Positions 19,002 to 27,978 of a stretch of DNA of 64,000 bases are shown one piece after another (the first letter of the stretch is position 1; each line of letters starts with the position of its first letter). Made by a program: the position numbers and the translations under genes. The stretch covers positions 2,048,001 to 2,112,000 of the forward strand of contig OZ220696.1 in the NCBI GenBank assembly GCA_965116495.1. The letters run 5' to 3'. The notes under the pieces are model-generated. The model saw nothing but the letters and a program-made list of their open reading frames with translations, was not told the DNA's origin and did no database searches. Origin of the DNA: Gammaproteobacteria bacterium. GTDB lineage: Bacteria > Pseudomonadota > Gammaproteobacteria > Eutrophobiales > Eutrophobiaceae.

Positions 19002-20366
19002 TCAGTAGTTGGCCGCTACGGATACAGCGCCAGCCTCCCCTGCGGGCCGGTTTTTCGCGTACAGGGCATAGGAGCCGAAACGCATCTGGTGCGGCAAACC
19101 AAGGCCGGCCTTGATGAAATCGATGGAGAACTGGTGGATCAGTTTTTCCCCATCCCAGATATAGGACTTGAAGTACTGCAGGTCACCCTCCTGCCCCTGT
19201 TGCTTGTCCCAGTTGGACAGCAGGGATGAGGTGAAGTAAACGCGTTTTCCGTCCCAACTCTGGGACAACATGTTGATCTGATCGCCAATCTTCTCGGTAA
19301 ATATCTCTTTTGCATCATGCGGGTCGCTGATATCAAACACCCGGGTCATGCCGTCATTCCAGGTATCCACCCACAGCAGTGAATCATCTGCCGCGATGGA
19401 GATGTCCACGGGAAGCGGAATCTGCTCAGCAACACCGATATCGGCAACTGGCTTGGCATGCCAGTCCCCGCCGTCAGCTTCATAGATCAGCCAGATCTTG
19501 GATGTGAGGGCGGTAGTGGTGAAACAATAATTATTCTGCGATCCCCAGGCGCAACGAACTTCCAGCGGCGCGCCCGGTACATCCAGTACCTTTTTGGGTT
19601 GGCGTTTATGCAGGTCCCAGATCACCACGGTATTACCGAAACGGGCCATGGCTTCCGGGTCCGCCATCATTTGACCCAGGTCCATCATGTAGTTATTCCA
19701 GCCGGTGAACGAAGAGGTCACCATCACGTTGCGACGCGGCAGTACGCGCACGTCATAACCGTAACCATCGGCGAAATCTCCCCCCTTGACCGCGCCTTGC
19801 AGGTCAGCATCGGTAGGCATCCAGTAAGTCGCGATGTATTCTCCCTCGTTGGTATACTCCACCATCCCCGTGCGTCCGCCGTGGTCCTTGTCGTTGGACA
19901 GCCCGGTAATGAGCATCCTGCCGGGCATGGCATAACTTGTATGCGGGCCGACCACGCCGCCGCTGCGTGCGACGAAATCGCTGATGGTTTTATGCAACCG
20001 GGGCTTGGCCGGGTCCGTGTGGATATCAAAAATAAAGATTTTGTTGGTGTCCAGACCCGATGCCCACAGGTAGCGCCGGTCATCCGTCAGGCCCGAGTGA
20101 TGGGCTTCGTTGCGCCCGCCCACCGACAGCGAGTTGATAACCTTGCCGTAGTTTCCGGATTGCGGATTGACGTCAACGGTGACCAGCTTGTCCTGTTCGT
20201 CACCAAGACCTTCCATACCCAGCGTCCAGACATAGACAAAATCCTCCTGGCCGACGATTTTTGCCATATAAGGCGACATACAGGTTTCGTCTGCGGTTGC
20301 AACCGGATTAATTGACAGCAGGAAAACAATGACAATAGAATGAACAGGGTTGGTAAGTAGTTTCAT
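19002..20366 (-). CDS. mtoX: Methanethiol oxidase (SELENBP1/selenium-binding family), exported
   Basis: Signal peptide then DETCMSPY; EAHH, GPHT, YGYD and SSLLSNWD motifs; followed by SCO-MauG. Confidence 0.88.
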   Translation of the reverse strand: MKLLTNPVHSIVIVFLLSINPVATADETCMSPYMAKIVGQEDFVYVWTLGMEGLGDEQDKLVTVDVNPQSGNYGKVINSLSVGGRNEAHHSGLTDDRRYLWASGLDTNKIFIFDIHTDPAKPRLHKTISDFVARSGGVVGPHTSYAMPGRMLITGLSNDKDHGGRTGMVEYTNEGEYIATYWMPTDADLQGAVKGGDFADGYGYDVRVLPRRNVMVTSSFTGWNNYMMDLGQMMADPEAMARFGNTVVIWDLHKRQPKKVLDVPGAPLEVRCAWGSQNNYCFTTTALTSKIWLIYEADGGDWHAKPVADIGVAEQIPLPVDISIAADDSLLWVDTWNDGMTRVFDISDPHDAKEIFTEKIGDQINMLSQSWDGKRVYFTSSLLSNWDKQQGQEGDLQYFKSYIWDGEKLIHQFSIDFIKAGLGLPHQMRFGSYALYAKNRPAGEAGAVSVAANY

Positions 20367-20576
20367 AAATTATCTCCAGTCTACAAAAGGATTTCATGGA
20401 GAGTATATTACAAAATGAAAGGGACGGCGCAATTTTACTTTTTTTGCCGGGCCCTGCTGTTCACCGTCGTGCACTGTGCAAAGTGTGACGTACTGACCGT
20501 GCGTGTAACCGAATTGTAAGCTGATAATGATACTAGAGTTGTAACCTGAACCTTTCCACTTGATTTACAGTACGTT

Positions 20577-22241
20577 ATGAAACGCACGCGCGGCAAAAAA
20601 GGCCGTATCCAGGGCCGCATCACACCCCATAAGGCACTGGCCGACGTTCGCAACCTCCTGGGAGATGCGGCGCGTACCCGCGACCTGCTGGTGGAACACC
20701 TGCATAAACTCCAGGACCACTACGGGCACCTGTCGCACCGCCATCTCCTGGCCCTGGCCATCGAAATGGAACTGCCCATGGCAGAAGTCTATGAAACAGC
20801 GACCTTTTATCATCACTTCGACGTACTGAAGGCAAATGAAACGCCGCCGCCTGCGCTCACGGTGCGGGTGTGCGAATCGCTGACCTGCGAGATGTTCGGC
20901 GCCCACAAATTGATCGATGAACTGCGCGCAACGACAGATGACGCCCAGGTCAGGATACAACCCGTACCCTGCGTGGGCCGCTGTCAGGCGGCGCCGGTCG
21001 CAGTGGTGGGGACCAACCCGGTGGAGCATGCGCAGCCGGCAGCGGTGACGGCTGCCCTGGAAAACAATGAAACGGTATGCCCGGAGCCGGACGCAGTACG
21101 CTATGCGCGCTACCGGGAGCAAGGCGGTTACAAGCTGCTGGCGGATTGCATGAACGGCGAATACACGCCGGAACAGATCATTGCCCTGCTGGAACGCGCC
21201 AACCTGCGCGGCCTGGGGGGCGCCGGTTTCCCGGCAGGCAGAAAATGGCGCATCCTGAGCGGTCAACCCAGCCCGCGGTTGATCGCGATCAACGTCGATG
21301 AGGGCGAACCCGGGACATTCAAGGATCGTTACTACCTGGAAACAGACCCGCATCGCTTTATCGAGGGCACATTGATCGCGAACTGGGCCATAGAAGCTGA
21401 GGCCGTCTATATTTACCTGCGCGATGAATACGCTGGCTGCCGTGCCTTGTTGCAGGAAGAACTGGCGGCATTACAGCGCGACCCACCATGCCCGCTGCCA
21501 CCGATCCACTTGCGGCGCGGCGCCGGGGCCTATATCTGCGGCGAAGAATCCGCCATGCTTGAATCCATAGAAGGCAAGCGGGGAATGCCGCGCCTGCGGC
21601 CACCCTACGTCGCCGAAGTGGGCCTGTTCGATAGCCCCACCCTGGAACAGAACATGGAAACCCTGCATTGGGTGCGGGATATTGTTGAAAAAGAACCCGA
21701 TTGGTTCACGTCCCACGGCAGGCACGGCCGCCAGGGACTGCGCTCGTTCTCCGTCAGCGGCCGGGTGCAAAAGCCCGGTGTTCACCTGGCGCCGGCAGGC
21801 ATTACCATCCGGGAACTCATAGAGGAATACTGTGGCGGCATGTTGCCAGGACACGAGTTTTACGGATACTTCCCGGGTGGGGCCTCAGGCGGTATATTGC
21901 CCGCCTCCCTGGATGATATCCCGCTGGATTTCGATACCCTGCAGGCGCACGGCTGCTTCATCGGTTCGGCTGCAGTCATCGTGCTGTCGGACCAGGACAG
22001 CGCCCGCGCCCTGGCGCTGAACGCAATGCGTTTCTTTGAGGATGAATCCTGTGGCCAGTGTACGCCCTGCCGAGCGGGAACAGCCAAGGCTGTCAAGCTT
22101 ATGGAAAAGCCTGAATGGGACCGGCTGCTGCTGGAAGACCTGGCGCAGGTCATGGAGGATGCCTCCATCTGCGGGCTGGGGCAGGCCGCGCCCAATCCGC
22201 TTCGCTGTGCCATGCGGTATTTCCCGGGAGAGTTCTCCTGA
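20577..22241 (+). CDS. NAD-dependent formate dehydrogenase beta subunit (NuoE-NuoF-like fusion)
   Basis: ATFY, [2Fe-2S] cysteines, GLGGAGFPAG, DEGEPGTFKDR, GAYICGEE and ESCGQCTPCR motifs. Confidence 0.9.
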   Translation: MKRTRGKKGRIQGRITPHKALADVRNLLGDAARTRDLLVEHLHKLQDHYGHLSHRHLLALAIEMELPMAEVYETATFYHHFDVLKANETPPPALTVRVCESLTCEMFGAHKLIDELRATTDDAQVRIQPVPCVGRCQAAPVAVVGTNPVEHAQPAAVTAALENNETVCPEPDAVRYARYREQGGYKLLADCMNGEYTPEQIIALLERANLRGLGGAGFPAGRKWRILSGQPSPRLIAINVDEGEPGTFKDRYYLETDPHRFIEGTLIANWAIEAEAVYIYLRDEYAGCRALLQEELAALQRDPPCPLPPIHLRRGAGAYICGEESAMLESIEGKRGMPRLRPPYVAEVGLFDSPTLEQNMETLHWVRDIVEKEPDWFTSHGRHGRQGLRSFSVSGRVQKPGVHLAPAGITIRELIEEYCGGMLPGHEFYGYFPGGASGGILPASLDDIPLDFDTLQAHGCFIGSAAVIVLSDQDSARALALNAMRFFEDESCGQCTPCRAGTAKAVKLMEKPEWDRLLLEDLAQVMEDASICGLGQAAPNPLRCAMRYFPGEFS

Positions 22242-22247
22242 TTCAAT

Positions 22248-22274
22248 CCGCAGATGACGCAGATTTACGCAGAT
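22248..22274. repeat. 9-bp (CRCAGAT-nn) x3 repeat family
   Basis: ccgcagatga-cgcagattta-cgcagat. Same pattern at 52071-52097, and inverted at 52251-52276. Confidence 0.7.
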
Positions 22275-22295
22275 AATTTTAACCAAAATTAATGA

Positions 22296-25037
22296 ATGCA
22301 GAATCAAGATAATACAACAATCCGGTTTTCACTGAACGGGCGGGATATCGAGGCCGGGGCGGAAGAAACCATCCTTGAGGCGGCGCAACGCCACGGGGTG
22401 GAGATCCCCCGGCTGTGCTACAAGGAAGGTTATCGGGCTGAGGGGAACTGCCGCGTCTGCATGGTGGAGGTAGAAGGCGAACGCACCCTGGCGCCGTCCT
22501 GCTGCCGTAAACCGGCTGCAGGCATGAAGGTCGATACCGAATCGGATCGTGTGGTCCACTCGCAGAAAATGGTGGTGGAATTATTGCAGGCCGATATGCC
22601 GCAACAGGGTGCGTCACCCTACCGCCTGGACTCGGAACTTGACCACTGGGCCACGGAATTGAACGTGTTTTCTCCCCGCTTCGAGCCGCGTGAACCGGTC
22701 GCTCCGGACTTGTCGCACCCGGCTATCGCGGTCAACCTTGATGCCTGTATACAGTGCACCCGCTGCGTACGCGCCTGCCGGGAAGAACAGGTTAACGACG
22801 TTATCGGTTACGCCATGCGCGGCAGGCACTCCGAAATCGTATTCGACATGGGCGACCTAATGGGCGAGAGTACCTGTGTGGCCTGCGGCGAATGCGTGCA
22901 GGCCTGTCCTACCGGCGCCCTGATGCCGGCCAGGAACGTAGGGCTGGTAAAACCGGACAACCAGGTCGATTCCGTCTGCCCCTATTGCGGGGTAGGCTGC
23001 CTGTTGACATTCAATGTAAAAAACAACCATATACAATATATTGAAGGACGGGACGGTCCTTCCAACCAGGGCCGCCTTTGCGTAAAGGGACGTTACGGCT
23101 TCGATTACGTGCATCATCCCGCCCGTTTGACGAGGCCGCTGATCCGGAAGCCCGGTACGCCCAAGACCCCGGAGATTATCGATTCCCGGTCGTTGCACCG
23201 GTATTTCCGCGAAGCGAGCTGGGAGGAGGCGTTGGAGTTGGCGGCTTCCGGCCTGCGCGCCATCCGGGAGACGCAGGGCTCCCGGGCCCTGGCCGGGTTC
23301 GGCTGCGCCAAGGGCAGTAACGAGGAAGCCTACCTGTTCCAGAAGCTGGTGCGCACCGGCTTCGGCACCAACAACGTGGACCATTGCACCCGCCTGTGCC
23401 ATGCCTCCTCGGTGGCCGCATTGCTGGAAACCATCGGCTCCGGCGCGGTCTCGAACCAGGTGGCCGACGGCACGCAGGCGGAGGTCATCATCGTGATCGG
23501 CGCCCGGCCCAACGACAACCACCCGGTGGCGGCCACCTTCATGAAGAACGCCACCCTGAACGGCAGCAAACTGATCGTGATTGAGCCGTACAGTTCCGAG
23601 ATGTACCTGCATGCCCATGCGTTCCTGCAACTGCGCCCGGGCACGGACGTGCTGCTGCTGAACGGCATCATGCACACCATCATCGACGAGGGACTGCACG
23701 ACCAGACGTTCATTGATGCGCATACCGACGGTTTTGATGCACTCCGGGAAACGGTGCGGGAATACAGCCCGGAGAAAGTGGCGCCGCTGTGCGGTATCGC
23801 CCCGGAGGCCATCCGGGAAACGGCGCGCCTGTATGCGACGGCAAAGACGGCCATCATCTTCTGGGGCATGGGCATTTCACAACACGTGCACGGGACGGAC
23901 AACGCCCGCTGCCTTATCTCGCTGGCGCTGATGACCGGGCAGATCGGCCGGCCCGGCACCGGCCTGCACCCGTTGCGCGGCCAGAACAACGTGCAAGGCG
24001 CCTCCGACATGGGTCTTGTCCCCATGGTTTACCCGGACTACCAGCCGGTGAAAGACCCCGCGGTGAGAAGCAGGTTCGAGGAGTTCTGGGGCGCGAAACT
24101 GGACCCGGACGCCGGCAAGACCGTGGTCGAGATCATGCACAGCGCCCATGCGGGAGATATCAATGGCATGTACATCATGGGAGAGAACCCGGCCATGTCC
24201 GACCCCAACCTGGAACACGCCCGGGAGGCGCTTACCAGGCTGGAGCACCTCGTGGTGCAGGATATCTTCTTCACGGAAACCTGCGGCTTCGCCGACGTTA
24301 TCCTGCCCGCGTCCGCGTTCCCGGAGAAAACCGGCACCTTTACCAACACCGACCGCCGAGTGCAACTCGGCCGCCAGGCGGTCACTCCGCCCGGCGAGTC
24401 CCGCCAGGACCTGTGGATCATCCAGGAACTGGCCCGCCGTCTCGACCTGGACTGGGACTACACCGGACCCGAAGCCGTATTCGAGGAGATCAGACAAGCG
24501 GTGCCCAGCATGGCCGGCATGACCTGGGCGCGGCTGGAAGATGAAGATTCACTCACCTATCCCCTGGTCAGGGAGGACGATCCGGGTGAGCCGGTGATAT
24601 TCAGGGACGGTATTTTCCCCACCGATGACGGCAGGGGCCGCTTCGTTGCGGCTGAATACATCGAGGCAGCAGAATTGCCCGACAACGACTATCCCTTCAT
24701 CTTCATGACCGGACGCCAACTGGAGCACTGGCACACCGGTACCATGACACGCCATTCCCGGGTCCTGAACACCATCGAACCCTGGCCTTATGTCCTGATC
24801 AACCCGGAAGATTTACAAGCGCTGGAGATGGAATCCGGCGACCTGCTTACCATCGAATCCCGCCGTGGCGCCCTCTCCGTCGCCACCCGCGTGGACGAAG
24901 GCATACAACCAGGCGTCCTGATGATGCCCTTCACCTACCACGAAGCCGCGGCAAACATCCTCACAAACGACGCCCTGGACCCCTTCGGAAAAATCCCTGA
25001 ATTCAAGTTCTGTGCGATACGGGTGAGCAAGCACTAG
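22296..25037 (+). CDS. Mo/W formate dehydrogenase alpha subunit (Cys type)
   Basis: N-terminal Fe-S domains; CPYCGVGC, LCVKG, DHCTRLCH and RGQNNVQG motifs. Confidence 0.94.
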   Translation: MQNQDNTTIRFSLNGRDIEAGAEETILEAAQRHGVEIPRLCYKEGYRAEGNCRVCMVEVEGERTLAPSCCRKPAAGMKVDTESDRVVHSQKMVVELLQADMPQQGASPYRLDSELDHWATELNVFSPRFEPREPVAPDLSHPAIAVNLDACIQCTRCVRACREEQVNDVIGYAMRGRHSEIVFDMGDLMGESTCVACGECVQACPTGALMPARNVGLVKPDNQVDSVCPYCGVGCLLTFNVKNNHIQYIEGRDGPSNQGRLCVKGRYGFDYVHHPARLTRPLIRKPGTPKTPEIIDSRSLHRYFREASWEEALELAASGLRAIRETQGSRALAGFGCAKGSNEEAYLFQKLVRTGFGTNNVDHCTRLCHASSVAALLETIGSGAVSNQVADGTQAEVIIVIGARPNDNHPVAATFMKNATLNGSKLIVIEPYSSEMYLHAHAFLQLRPGTDVLLLNGIMHTIIDEGLHDQTFIDAHTDGFDALRETVREYSPEKVAPLCGIAPEAIRETARLYATAKTAIIFWGMGISQHVHGTDNARCLISLALMTGQIGRPGTGLHPLRGQNNVQGASDMGLVPMVYPDYQPVKDPAVRSRFEEFWGAKLDPDAGKTVVEIMHSAHAGDINGMYIMGENPAMSDPNLEHAREALTRLEHLVVQDIFFTETCGFADVILPASAFPEKTGTFTNTDRRVQLGRQAVTPPGESRQDLWIIQELARRLDLDWDYTGPEAVFEEIRQAVPSMAGMTWARLEDEDSLTYPLVREDDPGEPVIFRDGIFPTDDGRGRFVAAEYIEAAELPDNDYPFIFMTGRQLEHWHTGTMTRHSRVLNTIEPWPYVLINPEDLQALEMESGDLLTIESRRGALSVATRVDEGIQPGVLMMPFTYHEAAANILTNDALDPFGKIPEFKFCAIRVSKH

Positions 25038-25136
25038 CCCGATCTGTTGACGGTTTGAACTGTTGGCGGTTTGAACTTGACTGCTACATACAATGGCATT
25101 AGTCTATGTGTGATTTAATGTGTGAGAAAGAACACA

Positions 25137-25337
25137 ATGGCAACCAACCTGTCTATAGACCCCGAATTACTCGATACAGCGCTGAAGTTGAGCGGCGAGA
25201 AAACAAAGAAAGCGACCGTTAACAAGGCGTTGCAGGAATTTATTTCGCGCAGGGAACAGGAAAGGCTTCTGGATCTTTTTGGAAAATTCGACTGGGACGG
25301 CGATTTCGACTACAAGCGTGAAAGGACCCGTTCATGA
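25137..25337 (+). CDS. vapB: VapB-family antitoxin
   Basis: MATNLSIDPELL...TKKATVNKALQEF; ATGA overlap with a vapC start. Confidence 0.85.
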   Translation: MATNLSIDPELLDTALKLSGEKTKKATVNKALQEFISRREQERLLDLFGKFDWDGDFDYKRERTRS

Positions 25338-25370
25338 CCCTGTTCGTGGATACCAGCGTCTGGTCTACCG
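25334..25370 (+). pseudogene. vapC: Truncated vapC 5' end
   Basis: MTLFVDTSVWS PIN-domain start that breaks off after about 11 codons. Confidence 0.7.
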
Positions 25371-25436
25371 AAACCTATCAATCTTCAGTTCCTGACTCCT
25401 GATTTTGCTCAAGTTTACTGAGGATTATCCATTGTA

Positions 25437-25958
25437 TCAGAGCATGTCACCCTGCCGGTACACGGGTGGTAATAGCTCTGTCGCTTCTGGCTGGCAAACT
25501 CTCAGATTCAGTTCTTGAAGTTTATCGCTTTTGTTGAGGATATTTCCATCCGTAGTGAGGAACTCCGCACAGTTCATCAGAAGCGCTGATGCAATATGGA
25601 TAGCATCAGCCGCTCCTTTGAGATATATCCCATCAACCCAGCGAAGCGCGCGAGCCTTTTCCATAATGGTGAAAGTAGGTTGAACCAGTCTAATCCCACT
25701 TTTACCAGAAGCTAGCAAACCATCATAGAAGCGCTTGATGTCATCAGGAGGATTAGGAACATTACGAATATGAGTACATTCAACAATCGATAATGACGAA
25801 GTCAGAAGATCAATTTTGTCATCCTTACCAGCCTTTATAAGTTGTCTGGTAAACCAGACATTACGTTCTGTCTTGTCCTCAAGCGACATCCCTGCCTTGT
25901 GCTTAGCCATATCGATAAACACGCACGCATCAATATAAACCCTGGGCATATCAGCCAT
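25437..25958 (-). CDS. PIN-domain protein
   Basis: VYIDACVFI, S.L..VE, DAIHIASA and FLTTD acidic PIN residues; start overlaps the upstream stop. Confidence 0.85.
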   Translation of the reverse strand: MADMPRVYIDACVFIDMAKHKAGMSLEDKTERNVWFTRQLIKAGKDDKIDLLTSSLSIVECTHIRNVPNPPDDIKRFYDGLLASGKSGIRLVQPTFTIMEKARALRWVDGIYLKGAADAIHIASALLMNCAEFLTTDGNILNKSDKLQELNLRVCQPEATELLPPVYRQGDML

Positions 25959-26772
25959 CTTGACGCACCTCCCTGATGAATTCTTCTGTTGACAGGTTTC
26001 CGGTATATTCTGGATACCTACCGACGAAAGCATCAATCCAACCTTCATCAAAATCCGGCGCCGGTCTGAAATCCGCAACCTGAATTGAGGCAATTTGTCC
26101 TCTCGCTCGATCTTCTGACACTTCGCCCTCAACAAAAATCACTGCTTCAGGTTCATGCAGTGTCTCGACTGCTGCTTGATACATATCTGGCGTAAAGAAA
26201 CAGTCAACTAGCGTCTTGGTTGAAAGTTCTCTTATAACCAGTTTTGGGGAGGCAGTTTCTTTGTAAAAAGCGTGGACGATACCCTGTATTTCCCCGTAAT
26301 AAGCTACAACCTGTGGCGTATCTTCAATAACTCTGATGGCAAATTCTTTGGTCAATTCGAACCAGTCCTCAGGTTCCTCATCCTGGTTTCCATAGAGACC
26401 AAATAAAACTTTCTCATCCGCATCGATAGGACTGGCAATCTGGGCATATTGCAGGCGAGTCGCAGGGCGAACCAACAAATCGATTTCAGGGTCGGAGTAA
26501 TCATTTGCCATGATGCTGTGAATAACACGGTTGCCACGATCAATGACTGCTGGCTCCAGTTCTCCGTCCCGTAAACAATCAAAATTCACTGAGTTATTCC
26601 CAAAATTAAGTGCAAGCCAACTCTTCGGGTCTTCGCCTATCCCGATGTCCTGATCGACTGCTATCAAGAACTTTAAGGTTTCCTTCACAACACGGCCAAG
26701 TTTGTCGAGCGGGACGCCAACTCGACCTTTGTTCAATTCAACTCTTAGTTTTAATTCATTCATGGTCTGCAT
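25951..26772 (-). CDS. Hypothetical protein coupled to the PIN gene
   Basis: 273-aa ORF with beta-rich C-terminal half; 8-bp overlap with the PIN gene. Confidence 0.75.
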   Translation of the reverse strand: MQTMNELKLRVELNKGRVGVPLDKLGRVVKETLKFLIAVDQDIGIGEDPKSWLALNFGNNSVNFDCLRDGELEPAVIDRGNRVIHSIMANDYSDPEIDLLVRPATRLQYAQIASPIDADEKVLFGLYGNQDEEPEDWFELTKEFAIRVIEDTPQVVAYYGEIQGIVHAFYKETASPKLVIRELSTKTLVDCFFTPDMYQAAVETLHEPEAVIFVEGEVSEDRARGQIASIQVADFRPAPDFDEGWIDAFVGRYPEYTGNLSTEEFIREVRQDG

Positions 26773-26882
26773 CTTGAACTAATGTTTTTAATTCTTCGAG
26801 ATTAGTTGCGTATATATTAGGAGGGGATACGCCATCAAAATCACCAAAGCTAACCTGGTGGAAAAGTCTCCAATCATCCATT

Positions 26883-27170
26883 TTATTGTGTGCCGCGGCA
26901 TACAACATTACACCGAAAGTGGTTGGTTTTGCCAAAAAACTTGCCTTCCTTGATGCACCAGAAAATGCTTAACCAAAGCACTATCATCGTAAAGAACAGT
27001 ATTTGAAGAGTTGACAAACTAGCAACTTGATCATTTCCTGCTGCGATTTGCAAAGGACTTAGCCAACAACGATTTTTCCCTTGACTTCTACAAACATAAC
27101 CTGCAGCTAGATAGGCGAGAATTACAAAAACTGTTGCCCAGAGCACTTCAGGATAAAAGTTGGTTTCCAT
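26883..27170 (-). CDS. Small membrane protein, possibly truncated
   Basis: Two hydrophobic segments (including SLSTLQILFFT); GAGG RBS upstream. Confidence 0.45.
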   Translation of the reverse strand: METNFYPEVLWATVFVILAYLAAGYVCRSQGKNRCWLSPLQIAAGNDQVASLSTLQILFFTMIVLWLSIFWCIKEGKFFGKTNHFRCNVVCRGTQ

Positions 27171-27387
27171 TTTTGTGTACCTCTATCAATTTTCCCGAAA
27201 ATTCCCACTGAGTGTTATGAGTTAGTCAGCATAATACCCATCCTGTAAGGACCAAGACGGAAGTGCTCAAAAATCTCAAAATAAATAACCCTCTGATGTA
27301 GAGCGTTTGTTCATGCTCAAAAACTCTGACCCTGCAGGTTCGTTGATTTTATTTGATTCAACATTGGAACACTAATAAAAACGTCAG

Positions 27388-27942
27388 TTATAATTTCTTG
27401 GCACCACGCTTGTGTATTTTGTTTTTCGGTTTTTTCATCTCCTCTTGGATATAGTTTTCAGTGCTTTTACCAGTGACCATATTCACGTTTATATTTATTG
27501 AAGTTTTGTCAGACTTTTCATCTATCCAAAAAGAAATTATGGCGTAGGTAGAAAGCCTGTAAACCAAATCAAACCAAGCAAACATGCGCTGGATCTCCTC
27601 GTCATTGTCTGGAGTATCAAGTGTCCCATGAAGCATTTGGTACATTCGATGAGTCGAGTGTTCAAATTCAGCAATAAATTCTCTTAATACCGTTTCCAAA
27701 TATTGCTTCTGTGAATGCCTACGTTCTCCTAATTTACCATTGAGAAATTTCCACAAAATGGCGCAATAGTCTTGCCAGCGGGCAAGTTGATTGGAATCTT
27801 CATCAAAGAACTTTTTTCCATCATTTTTTACACGCTGTATAGCTGCAAGCGCTATATAGGTGTGTGTTGAACTCGATGAGGCCTCAAAACGATCTGTGAG
27901 ATCAAATAACTGAAAATACCGATTTTGAAAACGCTCACCCAT
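27388..27942 (-). CDS. Hypothetical AT-rich protein
   Basis: 184-aa ORF just downstream of hsdS on the same strand. Confidence 0.55.
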   Translation of the reverse strand: MGERFQNRYFQLFDLTDRFEASSSSTHTYIALAAIQRVKNDGKKFFDEDSNQLARWQDYCAILWKFLNGKLGERRHSQKQYLETVLREFIAEFEHSTHRMYQMLHGTLDTPDNDEEIQRMFAWFDLVYRLSTYAIISFWIDEKSDKTSININVNMVTGKSTENYIQEEMKKPKNKIHKRGAKKL

Positions 27943-27978
27943 TGCAAAGCATACCGTTTGTGTTTTGTATGGATAATT

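Noticed and set aside
19002-20366. Selenium metabolism link between the selenium-binding protein and selB/selC
   Set aside because: Sequence and SCO-MauG context indicate methanethiol oxidase; the family name alone does not imply a link.
22296-25037. Selenocysteine-containing formate dehydrogenase
   Set aside because: The active-site codon is TGC (RLCH) and the ORF has no in-frame TGA.
25044-25075. 16-bp tandem duplication ctgttgrcggtttgaa
   Set aside because: Only two copies and no supporting context.
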